Positions 13,723 to 25,990 of a stretch of DNA of 64,000 nucleotides are shown one piece after another. The translations under genes and the position numbers were made by a program. Source of the DNA: Lingula anatina (lineage: Eukaryota; Animalia; Brachiopoda); NCBI GenBank assembly GCA_051362555.1, contig CM120646.1, positions 16,988,001-17,052,000 on the forward strand, in the 5' to 3' direction. The notes beneath the pieces were generated by a model that was given only the letters and a program-made list of their open reading frames with translations, made no database searches and was not told the origin of the DNA. Positions within the stretch are counted from its first letter, which is position 1; each line of letters opens with the position of its first letter.

Positions 13723-16569
13723 CTATAATGTCAGCACCTCCACTCCATCCCTTGTGATCACTACAGTGTGTTCCCAGGCGGCTGTTCGACTTTCATCTGA
13801 CGTTACAACAGTCCAACCATCTTCTAGAAACTCCACATTACTCCCTCCTTCTGAAATGATTGGCTCTTAGGAAAAAAAAACGAAGAAAATATTGACTGTC
13901 AACTTTGAGCTACAGGACATCAATTAGTTGTTTTATCCTACACCCCTCCCCCACCCCATCTCATCCCATCCACTACCACCCCCCCACCCCCACCCCCACC
14001 CCCAGTCTTTCACTGGAAACTCACCTCCTTCTATCAGCATTCTAACAATAGCTGAAAATATATACTTGTAAGTGAGTTTCCAGAGCAGTTTACAAACTTC
14101 AAAATGAATGTCAGGCAAAATAAATATTTTCAACATCTCAATGTCCTAATACATTAAAACAATCTCACTACACAATTTAGCTGGCAATGGTTCTATATGC
14201 ACATACAAAGACTACATCAGGAAAAAAATTCTGGTGAATATTGAGTCCAGCATGTGTCTCTGACACACTGTAAAAAATTGCCTATTTTCTGTGTGCCATT
14301 AACTTACCAACAGTAAACACCATTCCTTCTTTCATCTCTACACTTTCTTCATTGGCTACAATTTAAAAAAATTTTAAACATTAAACTTTCAAATATGTAT
14401 CGGCAAAAATACACTTGCCATTATGTATTTAATAGTTTCAAAACCTTTTTTTTTTCATTTTTGGACTGAAAAAAGAAAATTGTGTTGGATATGCGGTTGA
14501 TTACTTTAACAATCAGAAATAAACAATTAATAACCAATTTCATTAACAGCAAAACATAATTTAAACAATTTATTGTTTCTTGAATTTCTTCAGTGACTCC
14601 AGCTGATGTCATATATATAATGATATTCTTACCAATGTGATAAATATCTGGAGGTTCGTGGAAGTCTTCCCCAATACCATGTCCACAAAACAGTGGAATT
14701 ACTGTCAACCCTGCTTCTTTCATTTCTGGTCTGTAACACAATATAGCAAAAAATTAATGTTTATATTGGTAGTGGAACTTATGAACTATAAACAAAAATG
14801 CATTTTATACAATGAAATGTGAAACATTTGAAGTAATAGTCCTAGCATCTGTATACAGTTATTTTTGAATACCAAAGGATATAAGTATATCACATTGTTT
14901 AAATTTTATTGCATATATGACTAAGAAGGCACCCTAGTGGCACCTGACTTTGATTTAAAACAGTCCAGTTAGTTAATTAACTGTTCAATGACAGTATAAT
15001 TCTCCAATATACAGAGTGATGGGGTATAGTTCAGTTTACACACTTCAGATAAATATCATATGTTACAAGTGTGTTCATACTGAAGAAATCCACTCCATCT
15101 TGGTTTTATTGTCTTCAGTTACTCACTCAATAGCTTTGCCAATCTCAGCAAATTTCACCCCTGGTCCACAGGCCTGTATACCAGTCACACAGGCATGTTC
15201 TGCCATTCTCACCAGGTGGAGCCCTTCCTCATCCACTGAACCGATGGGATATGTCTTGTTTACATCACCATGGAAACCTTTGTAGTACACCTAATAAACG
15301 TTAAATAGGCTAAATTCTTAATTTTGAACATAATTTCAGTTAATTAAACTTTGAAATTTTAAATTTTACAAAATATGCGAGTACTTAGTATAAGTACATT
15401 TTTTCACAGTGTCTTTACATTCTTTATTGTGACTGACATATATTACATGTATATCGTGTACTTGTTATCGCTTGTGTACACTTTTAAGCTAAATTAATAA
15501 ATATTTCTACTCACGGTAACATCAATATTGATGACGTCTCCATCCACAAGGGGGCAGTTATCAGGTATGCCATGACACACCACATTGTTGACTGAAGTGC
15601 ACACAGATTTAGGGAAACCTTTATACCTGAGAGTAGAGGGATAGGCTCCATATGCTATACAGGTTTCATGGACAAGATTATCTATGTCATCTGTTGTCAT
15701 ACCAACCTGAAACAAATTATTCACAGTTAACCAACCTACTAACCTCTCTAGTTTTGGCAGATTTAGTCATGTTTCATGCATAATGCTACACTAATTTATG
15801 TAATTGTAACTATAGCTACTGTACAAGTAAAATTCATCTTCACCAGAATAAAGAGCATGGTCTGGTAACATTGTACCTATATTATTATCCATTATATACT
15901 CACTGTAAGCTGCCTGGAAGCCAGATTTAGTACATTCAATGCTACTTGACACGCCTCCCAAATCCCTGCTATCTGTCTCTCATTTTTTATGATGATGCCA
16001 CTCTGACCAGGGGTCCAAGTCTCTGACACATAGGAAGGTCTTGGGATGTGACGGGGTACCTGCAGACATATACACTATTAAAGACTGTGAATTAATATAA
16101 AGGTAGTCTATTGCATTTCTGAGAGAGAAAGAGAGAGAGAGGTTTATATGGTGAAATGGCAAACACCACACATCAGCTTGGTTTATTGTTCTACCGGTAC
16201 ATGTATAACACTGCATCATAAAGTCCTGTAGACAAACCAGTTTATTGTTGTATACATTAGTGTATGTAGTGGTTTAATTAATGTACAGATTTGTATTTAA
16301 CTTACTAATCTTTCTGGTCCCACAGTTCCTGGTTTAACAACCCTGTGCCTGACTCTTGTGCACAGCGACCGTTTTTGCATTATATAAACATTTCTACCTA
16401 TATCACTCTTGAGAATATTGTCCTTTCTCATCGAAACACTGTTCGATGATGTAGGCAATTGTTGCTGATTAGGAATAAAGTAACTCTGTTTCTGAGAAAC
16501 ATTCCTTGTCAAGTAAGACCTTGTCTGGTGTGTTGCTTGGGAAATTATTACACACATTCTCTTCTGCAT
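13723..16569 (-). CDS. METAP1D: Methionine aminopeptidase 1D, mitochondrial (M24A), ~354 aa, 7 coding exons
   Basis: Exons 16569-16306, 16059-15904, 15706-15515, 15290-15127, 14730-14633, 14355-14308, 13865-13723. All introns are GT-AG, phases match, total 1065 nt. Motifs: [74 protein letters not shown]. The N-terminus is basic and Ser/Thr/Gln-rich with no zinc finger, favouring the mitochondrial 1D form over METAP1. The start ATG is the least certain part. Confidence 0.93.
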
Positions 16570-17637
16570 AATTTTCTGAGGAAGACAATATTTCTGCAAG
16601 AATTTTCACATTTCCAGTAGGCTCTCAATGATACAACTAATTCCTAGATTTCCAGTTTGGTCAATGGTCAAAGAACGCCTTGTATGCATTCCACCCACCA
16701 CTTGCAATACAAAGACTAACTTGACTGGACACAGAATCCCATATATATGCTTGTACTGTACGATGCCGATGGCCTACAAACAACGTCTTTTCTCACTCCA
16801 GCATTCCCGGAACCTTGTCATCACAATCATTACATCAGCGACAATATGAAAATATCTGACCTTGTATTTCGCCGATGACTAATCGATTTTATACGATTAC
16901 CCGTTAAAAAAGAGGTGTAACTGTAAGGAGGGCATTCCAGTGTCTTTCCACATCAAACACGTTTTCACATGTGACCTAATTTTGCTTGACCTATTTCGAT
17001 TACGAGGTTTACCAAAGCAATGTGTCCAAATTATATTGGACAGTAAGTTCCTTCATGCTTACTTCTCATATCTAAATATATGAGTGACGTTTAGGAAGGT
17101 TAGTGACAAGTATAGCAGGAATGCTTAATGTATACATTTTTACTTTACTTTAAATATTTTTAAAATTCTTTTATGCTGAATTGAACGTTTGAAGAGCTGA
17201 ACTCTGACGATAATGTCGTACTGTACATGTAGAAGCAAAGTGACAGAGTAGTCAGTGGAGTTGTTCAAAGTCAAACCTGGAGGAATTGCATAACTTAAGC
17301 CATACAATTTACATGTATAAGAGAGTCATATTTTATAAGCATTAGTAGCAGAGAAGTCATTGCAAAGGCTATCGCCAGCAATAGCTTACCGGTACTCTCT
17401 ATTGATCAGAGTTTAGCATAGTAACTTATTATAGTTACCATTTGTCAGTTCTGTCTTAACAATTTATCCTTATTAGATCTACCTTTGTTATGTTTACTGA
17501 ATGAAAAGTAGAAAAACATAATTATTCATTTCATGGAGGCCGGTAACTTGAACTGACATTCACTAGATCTTCAACTGAGTTCACATATGTATTGAATTTA
17601 TTTCCAGACCCATGTACTAAATACATTACAAGTAGAT
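16570..17637. promoter_or_regulatory. Probable bidirectional promoter and 5'UTRs between METAP1D and CNPY2
   Basis: Divergent ATGs are ~1.07 kb apart. A plus-strand donor (CA|GTAAGT ~17042) and acceptor (tttccag, 17607) suggest a 5'UTR intron of CNPY2. Confidence 0.55.
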
Positions 17638-19723
17638 ATGGAAAGGATAAAAGTGCTGTTGTGGACCATATTTCTCCTATCAACAATCATCCACTGCTTG
17701 CTAGCTGCAGCCAAGGAGAAAACACAGTGTGGAGCTTGCAGAGTGATTGTAGATGAGGTCAGGAATTTTGTCATTTTTTATTTCATATAACATAATTTTT
17801 CTGCAGATACATGATCAGGATTTTATTTCTTTACTTTAAAGTTCAGGGGCGTAACCAGACCTTTAAAAATTGTACGCACAGATTTTTAAAATTCCCAGCA
17901 AAATGTAGACTAACGCAAGAGATGAAGGACAACGTAATTACAGCATATGTATCACACATCGCAGCTTAATTTCCATTAATGCTAAAATTATCAATTAGTC
18001 AGAAATATTCTCGCAATTAAAAAAGTTTCAATATTCTTATTACCCAGAACGGTATATTTATTTAAAAGGAGGCTAGCTTCGCATATGTGGAACCCCCTTC
18101 GAATAATCCTGGATCCACCTCTGAGTTGAACTAACATACGGTTTCATTCACGTTACATGTGGATTCATGGCTCCCAAAAACAACCAATTGTACGACACGA
18201 CAGAGCTCTGATACATCTAAGTTTAATTATTTGTTTGTAAAAATTGCCGATGTCACCCTGTTAGTTTGGAGGGGTAAGCTGGGTCAAGTCCGTGTCAAAA
18301 TTCTTTGAAGCTTTGCAGGAAAAGTTCTTCTAGCTCCTTTTTAAAACTGGGTCTAGATTTTATCTAGTGCCCCCAGGGTTGTGAGAGCTGCTCTTTGAAA
18401 ATAACACTCAGGCAGATTTTTACCTGAGATAAATATCGCCAGCGAGAATGCGTTCGATTTTCTCAAGAAAGAGGGTACAGAAGAGTTGAGGGCCACTGAA
18501 CCCTCCAATTAAGAGGATTTTCTTTTATATTCCGTGAAAAAAACACTAAATTTATATAAAATAATATCATGGTTGACCAAAAAATTGTACGCACAGTGCA
18601 TCCGTGCGTATGCCTAGTTACGCCCATGAAGTTTTACTTTAATTTTTTTTTGTTCAGGGTAGGGGGTATACTATTTGGTCTAAATGTAAAATTACATCTT
18701 AATTGGTTACTGATTGACTATAAAGAAAAATAACAGATTTTAAAGTTAAAAAATAACTAAAATACAGTAATAAAATTCAAAAACAAGTTATATGCTTTGA
18801 TATAGTTTTAAAATAGTTAGCTAAAATTTTGATACACAAGTCTCATATTATTTAGGTACAGATTATTTTTTCCACTGATTTCTTCCTTCCTCTCTTTGCC
18901 ACACAGGTGAATTGGGCTATCAGCCAAGAGGACCCAAAGAAAAAAGTCCAAGTGGGAAGTTTCAGAGTAGATCCTAATGGAAACCAAGGGACACGTGAGG
19001 TAACTGTTTAGATCTGTGGCACCTCGTTTTTATAGCTTATTCAATTTTTCTCTGATATTTTAAGATTCTAACAAGCCTTAATTGTTTTTTTCAAACTATA
19101 TATGCTATATGCACCAGTATGATATATTGTAAACATCGTGTAGTAGCTGTGTAGTTAAAAATTTTAAAGTGATGTGAAATGAAGGACATTTTTGTCCAAA
19201 TTCTCAGTAATCAGGGTATTAACTAAAAAGTTTACAGGTTCGTAATGTTTCGTTTTATTATTATATGTGTTGTTCCTCCATCAAAGATGACAAGGGTCAT
19301 CTATAATCACCTCGGGGTTAGGATTGGTTTCTTATTGTCTGTAAGAACAAAGAAGGCTGCTCAAGAAATTAATTTGAAGATGAAAAGATATAGAAACATG
19401 TTACTAATTTTTAAAAATGCATTTTATTCTCTATCAGACATCTGCAATCCATTTCTTCATCCTCAGATCCCATATGCAAGGTCGGAGATCCATCTCACAG
19501 AACTGTTTGAAAATATATGCCAAAAATCCAAAGACTATGCACAGTCCAGAGACTCCAAAACAAACAATGTCCAGTTTGTGAGGACAGCTGCCAGGTCTCC
19601 GGGAGACTCGGTCACCCTGACCAATGTTGTGCTTAGTGCTGATTCCCAGAAATCTCTGAAATTTGCTGTAAGTACATGTGTCAGGAGGTGTCTAGGCTAG
19701 ATACATGTAGTTGAGCATTTTCC

Positions 19724-19766
<43 letters not shown>

Positions 19767-21377
19767 AGCTTGCTGAGGCCAAAAAAAAAATGGCCAATAA
19801 AGATAAGCCCAGTTGTAACAACCTGCTGCACATATTTTATGAACTGTCTTTCATGAAATTATAACAAACTTATTTAACTTTCCAGTGCGAGTCTTTTATA
19901 GAGGATCATGAAGATGACATGCTGAAAATATTTTCCAAAGAAGATGGAGATGCAGAACAAAAGCTATGTGTAGATATAACTGGTAGGTATGACAGCAGCA
20001 TAAAAATTTTGAATTTGACACTTAGGCTCTATTCCCATAGGTTTTAGATCGATCTATCCCCGCGGGGAGTCTCACTAGATTACTTTCAGATAATCCGACT
20101 TAAATGTCCGTCCCGCCTACTACAAGCTGTAAGGAGGTAATTAACCTTCGTGTCCGCCCGGCTGACAGCTATTTAGCGTGAACCCCCAGGGAGTTAGGTC
20201 GATCTAAAGTAGGTCGATCTAATCTATGGAAATGGGGTGTTAGACCATTCTTTATAATGTCTCCAACAGAAGACCATTATAATATTGTCGTGTGACACTT
20301 TATAGATATGTTAAAAGAGTCAGAAAGCATGAAAGAAAATATGAAACTTGACACACGTATGTGCACCCACGCACACTTGTATGTATATAGTATTGTATAT
20401 AGATATGTACCAGCACATTATATGACCTACAGTTCTATATTTAATATACCAGCATAGTACAGGGAGATGTTATTCTTCTCATTAATTTGCTGTAGCTACA
20501 GTTTGACAGCAAAATGTATGACCTCATTCCCACATAGATTGATCTAGCAGGATCGGCCCATCTCCAAGGGGATTCTAGTTAAATTGCATTTAGATTAAGT
20601 GGCTTAGATGTCTGACACGCCTACTGCAGCTGCTAAATGATAGATAATTACCCTCTAACAGCTTCAGTAGGTGTGCCAGACATCAGAGCCACTTCAGCTG
20701 AATGTAATTTACCAAGAACCCTTGGGAGATGGGTTGATCTTGCTCGGTCGATCTAGGTATGGGAACAGGGTCTATGATTACAGGTTGTACAGTTAAAGCA
20801 GACACAAAAATTAAAGTGTATATGCATGTGTCACATAAACCTACATGCACTAAATTTTATTTACATTTTCCATAAATAAGTTGACTATGTCAGTGGAAAT
20901 GTCTAACCTGTTCCCTATTTAAAGACTAAAATCTTGGTTCACATTAACATTTCAAGAGAGGAAATGGAAATTGATTGCTCTTTCTTTCAATAATAGGTCA
21001 CTGATATGGTGAACATTATTACAATAGTCAGTGACTCGAATAAAAATATGCCTTCTGTTGCAAAAAATTGATGTCTAGATAAGATAATAAAACATACATG
21101 TAGTTATTAATGACTAAGGATCCATCAACTATGTTTCTGTCAATCTGTATATCAATAAAAACATGCCTGTTTACAGGGATGTGACCTTCAACCAAGTATT
21201 TTATACAATCTTATTTTAGGTGTTTGTGAGTTGGAGGATTTGTCCATACCTTTGGCACCTAAAGCAGACGACATTAAGGACGTTCCAGATGAGGAAGCGG
21301 AAGCTGTGGAGGAGAACGCTGACAGTGATAGTGATAGTGACGAAAATGACTCTGACGTAAACAAGGATGAACTTTGA
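17638..21377 (+). CDS. CNPY2: Canopy family saposin-like ER protein (CNPY2/Seele-like), ~222 aa, 5 coding exons
   Basis: Exons 17638-17757, 18907-18999, 19467-19667, 19886-19982, 21220-21377, total 669 nt, GT-AG introns. Signal peptide, then CGACRVIVDE, DPKKKVQVGSFRVDPNG, IPYARSEIHLTELFENIC, LKFACESFIEDHEDD, KLC...GVC, an acidic tail and C-terminal KDEL-stop. Confidence 0.93.
17844..18628. mobile_element. Non-autonomous TIR DNA transposon in CNPY2 intron 1
   Basis: Termini CAGGGGCGTAACCAG...CTAGTTACGCCCATG, subterminal direct repeat aaaaattgtacgcacag near both ends, flanking AAGTT direct repeat (5 bp). Confidence 0.7.
19726..19764. repeat. (GT)n microsatellite
   Basis: Directly visible. Confidence 0.9.
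20025..20239. mobile_element. MITE (ATTCCCAYAG...GATCGATCT family, Harbinger-like)
   Basis: Imperfect TIRs ctattcccatag/ctatggaaatggg flanked by TTA. The core ggggagtctcactagatt...ttaaatgtc.gtcccgcctact..aagctgtaagg.ggtaatta...gcgtgaacccccagg is shared with 50308-50450. Confidence 0.7.
20520..20772. mobile_element. Foldback (palindromic) MITE of the same family
   Basis: Arms gatgtctgacacgcctactgcagctg / cagcttcagtaggtgtgccagacatc. Termini gacctcattcccaca / tatgggaacagggtc, flanked by tat on both sides. Confidence 0.7.
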
Positions 21378-23790
21378 CGCATAGGAACATAGTTAAAACT
21401 ATCAATTTTTTTTTCTTATTCATTCCTGGGTGTCTTATGTCAACTTTTATTTTGTGTCATACTATATTTGCTTACATCATATAAGCTGTAGCTATGTCAT
21501 GTGTCATGCCAAAATAAGAACGTCTGCCTAAGTAGGTACAGTTTGTATGGCGAATAACAAGAAAGTAAAGCAGCATATTTTAAGCTTGTTGAACAAAGTG
21601 TCATTTCAAAACATATTTCAACAATAGAAGTGAATCTCGAAATAACCAAAATGCACCAGAAAAAAAATGAGGGAATGGCATGAAAATGTTTTGAATGTCA
21701 CGCTTACCAAATACGCGGTCATGCAAGTACTGGTAGTTAGTTCCATACCGGAAAAATAGTCTTCAGATAATATATAATTATACCCTTTAAGACACCAAGT
21801 CATCAAGATTATACCTTTAAGTTATTATAGACGTCAGATTATTTGTCTTGAACTTCAGACAATAATTTTGGTGTCTCTTTTGAAAATAATTTTACACATA
21901 GTTTTTCTTTGTTTGGCAGTTATCATTAAAATACACGTCTGAGACGTACCTATATGGCGGACAAATGGTGATGTGCCCTGTCTAGCTCTTTGAATGATCT
22001 CAAAACTCATAGCCAGATTACGTGTATAACCTCTGTTTGGGCCATGCATAGATTTTAAATGTGATATTCACAGATGCTTCTTTTAGTTAATCGTGTGCAC
22101 TTTTCTGTTTTGCTGGAATTTTTACATATAATTGAGGGAGAAATAATGAGACCAAGTTGATGTGTATTAAAATTGACTGACAGGTATAAATTATAAGTGA
22201 CAGCGAAATGTATGTCATGTTAAGGTCGTGATGGTTTTCAGTCACTCAGTTCATACTAACAATAACATATACCTAGTCTAATGACAGGTTTACGGTAACA
22301 GTTCATGTTGCTGAACGAGAAATCGTGAACAATTTTTTCCGCACCAGTTACGTGAGAGAGTCACCCAAACGAATCCCCTGCCCGACACCGCCATTTACCC
22401 GGATTCATTTTGATGGGCAGCTAGGAGTTCGTGAAAGAAAAAAACTTACCCCCCTCCCTGTAGCATTCAGATTGGTGCGATATTGAAAATTGTACCGCTC
22501 GATGAGAAAGGGCCTTACATCAGTTACATGTTTTTAAAAATAAAAATTATGAAAGATCTCATTAAGACGCCTACAATTTCTTTTATACTGACAAGGTCAT
22601 GCTTTGAATAAATAGGAGGCTGGAGGCATTGTACACCAGTTATGGCTTTGAAAGAAGGATAATTTTGTGGTTGATGACCTTTACATAGATTAAACATGTG
22701 AATGGGAACATTTCAGAGTCGTAAAGATAAAGGCGAAATTCGAGATCATGGACTGATGCTTTCGTTCCGACGGGAATGTATTTATGTTGGAAGGGAAAAT
22801 ATAACCCGGATAACTTGTTATGAATATAAGGGTTATTTTAAATAAATGAATGAAGAAGTTGAAATGAACATACATTGGCGCAGGGTAATAATACCGATAA
22901 TATATTTATTGAAAGTCTAATATCCATTAAAAATATCCCGTAGACGTTACAATGGTAAAGCAATAACATAAGATAGATAAAATGAAATAAATAAACAGCT
23001 AAAACATAAAGATAATAAATATATTGCACAGGGTATTAAGGCATCCAAGGTGTTATCAATATGTTTTTCATGGGGTATTTCCTGCCAAAAAATTTCGCCT
23101 GGTATGAAGATTTATTTCTTAAAAATCTGAATGAAACACGTATATGAATTAATTTGATTAGATCCATGCTAAATATTCGTGATATGAATTTTTAAAAAAA
23201 AGCAAGAAACCCATGCTATCACCTCAAAATTGTTTTTGTTTTTTTTTTTCTCTGGCAATTCAGTTCGACTCCCCCCTCCCCTCCCCCTTTACTTAAAACC
23301 AAATGAAAATGTGCCACTCCATACATCCTCTTTCATCCTGTTATTCCATTTTGTATGCTCGTGACATTCAATATGAAACATGCAATGGCGGAAAGAACTT
23401 ATCTGTAGAATAAGTTAGATGAAAATAAACCACACTATAATACGACTCTTTCATGCCATTCAAGTGAAATGATGAAATGTCATTCTTCACTTTTAATGTT
23501 ATTTTCAGCTGAGTGAAGAGAAATGTACAAAGCGTATTCAACTTATCTGTTGTCTTCTTTTGAATAAACAAGCTCTCTCAGTTCAACCACCCACCATCGT
23601 CCGTTTTAAGTTACGTTCCGAGAACCGATATTTTTAGTCTCAAAATTCAACGTGTGTCAAGGTTCTATATGCATGTTTTAACAAACTTGTTGAAAGATAC
23701 ATGTAATCCATACAGTTGAGTAAATAAGTTAACTTCATACGTGCTATTTCTTCTGATAATGATTTTGTATGTTTTTCTGGACGCTGGAAT

Positions 23791-24543
23791 TTAATCCAAG
23801 CTGTTCACGGACCGTCTCCAGCGTGGTAGGCCTCCGAATCCGGAATTCCCTCTGTTCGCTTCCAGAAGCGCCAATATTTCCTGAAGAGAAGGCCCGGGGG
23901 TAGGGGGAGGAGGGCTTCTCCGCCTGACACGGCGTTTAATTTCCCGGGTTTTCATTAGGTTTGCTGAATATTTTTCTGCTTTGTCAAATTTAGTTGTGAC
24001 AGGTTCGGTATTCTTTTCGATAATCGGACCGCGTTTTCTGAGATGGGAACCACCGATAGTCGAAGCTTTCCCCAATGAGTTGATATTATCAGAGTGACAG
24101 TGACGCATTCTCAACTTGGTTAGATTTTCACACAGATTACTTTGCGATGCTTCCTTATTGGACTCGTCTTCTTCTCCTTGATCTTTTAGCTGAGCATTCA
24201 GTGCGACGACGCTGTATTTCTGCAACAGAGTTTTTAACCCTGAGATGTGTCCAAATACGTCCAGTATGCGGCTACGGTGTCGACTAGCTCTGTTTGTCCT
24301 AATGCTGCCTTGCCCGCACGCGCGGTCAAATACCATATCAACGACCAAGCATTCAATGCGTCCCTTGCTCCATGTTTTAAATTTCACGTCATGAGATTGG
24401 CTAAGAATGTCTTTGGGCTTCAGCAACGTACTCATGCCCTGTATTCCCTCGGCTGTAAGTCCGCTACTTGCTACAACTGGTGTTTTAGCCGTGGTCGGGC
24501 AAATTAAATAAACCACGAGAACTGCTGTCAACATCCACGTCAT
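23791..24543 (-). CDS. Intronless secreted protein of unknown family, prohormone-like, 250 aa from first ATG
   Basis: 753-nt ORF that is GC-richer than its flanks. Hydrophobic signal peptide MTWMLTAVLVVYLICPTTA, two C-x10-C pairs, basic sites RKR, KRRVRRR and RWRR. TATA-like TATATATA at ~24621-24630 and Inr-like CCAGTC ~30 nt downstream. Confidence 0.75.
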   Translation of the reverse strand: MTWMLTAVLVVYLICPTTAKTPVVASSGLTAEGIQGMSTLLKPKDILSQSHDVKFKTWSKGRIECLVVDMVFDRACGQGSIRTNRASRHRSRILDVFGHISGLKTLLQKYSVVALNAQLKDQGEEDESNKEASQSNLCENLTKLRMRHCHSDNINSLGKASTIGGSHLRKRGPIIEKNTEPVTTKFDKAEKYSANLMKTREIKRRVRRRSPPPPTPGPSLQEILALLEANRGNSGFGGLPRWRRSVNSLD

Positions 24544-25389
24544 CCTCAACCTTATAAATCGAAAGAAAAACTATCCGACCTGAGTATAACTAACCGACTG
24601 GGTGGTTGTAGATAGGGAAATATATATATACAGCGATGATACGTATATCATTGTCATACTATGCTACATGTGATGCATTTCAATTCTCTAGCTGTGACTC
24701 AGTTGTAAGGTCACATTTGACATGGCTTATGGCCATGAAGTTGTGCGTCACTGTAACAAATGCGATTACATGACAATATAAAATAAATTCAGACAGGTGC
24801 AAAAGGTGATACATGCCTGCAGGTTCTTTTATTTCATATCCTATCAGATTCCTTTCGAATGGCTAAACAGAGTACTTTCGTCAGCTTAGCTTCCTATCTA
24901 ATGATACAAAAGGGGTTGCCTTGGATATGACTTCAAGTATGCCCCCCACCCCCATTTTGTCTTACATTGTTACCTCACTTAATGCTTGGACATAAAAAAC
25001 TGCATATTGTTATTTTTTTAAAATATATATACGGGTATATAAATCACAGAGAAATTGTGACAAGCGCACCAGCATATATTCTCTTTATAGAAATGTACAG
25101 TACGACAAGTATAGGCCTATAATCAACAAGATGATATTATCACCATATAAATAAGTATCACATGTAACTCATTTGCAAACGGTTGAACTTTAAAGAAAAA
25201 GGCTAGATGCGGCACAGTTCAATTGAGCAATAACTTACTCTGATCAGAAAATTTTTGTATGAATATTGAGATCGGGATAAAGCCTTTTCAAGCGAAGGAT
25301 GTTCAGCTATAAGTTATGCTTGTCTATAATTAACACTGGTGAATAATTCCCCCTCTTTCTTTTTACTTCCTTTTTTTATTATCTATCCG

Positions 25390-25990
25390 TTTGTCTGGAA
25401 GCAACGTTATGGAAAAGGTTGTGGACGGATTAAATTTTCTTTTCAGAAACTACCAGTTTATGTTTTGCCTATCTCTCTGTTTACAACAATCTGCAAAATT
25501 TCTGTGGACGGATTTTGCTGAAACGCTTAGGCAACTGCAAGGAGAAAATCAAGTAAGAAATGATAATCCATTGATCCATTTATCAATATGCGAATTTTAA
25601 TTATAATTTTAACTAAAATTAATGAAGTCTGTTTGTCTGTTAGCAACGTTTTGCCAAAAGTTATGTAGGTTTTTGGATGAAATTTTCAAGATTTGCCAGC
25701 AGCAGGTTAAGTTCTGGTCGTTAATAATAGAATAATTAATTAGTTAGTTAATTATTATTTAATTAACTCATTATAGAAAATAATTTTCGTTTAGCTGATT
25801 AGTAAGTTTATTAATGCATAATTAAAGGTAATGAGAATTGAGTTTAGAAATAAATAAACTGATGGATTAGTTAATTAATTAGCTTTTTGATTAATTAGTT
25901 AATAGATAACTAATTAATGAAATATTGATATTAATAAAAAACAATGAACTGCCATAGAGGAGATATGTGCTCTCCGAGTACTCTTGGACA
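25390..25990 (+). mobile_element. Decayed Helentron/HINE-like non-autonomous element
   Basis: Repeated tgtctg(tt)agcaacgtt...gga(cg)gattt..tgaaa(tttt) units and a 3' motif gaggagatatgtgctctccgagtactct resembling HINE 3' ends. Recognised from memory, not aligned. Confidence 0.45.

Noticed and set aside
15990-16030. Apparent frameshift in METAP1D exon 2
   Set aside because: A careful recount (ccaggggtcc) keeps the frame; the exon is 156 nt and open.
22330-22495. Imperfect inverted repeat (cgcacca/tggtgcg; ctgccc/gggcag) as a structured RNA
   Set aside because: Pairing is too short and scattered; more likely a decayed MITE.
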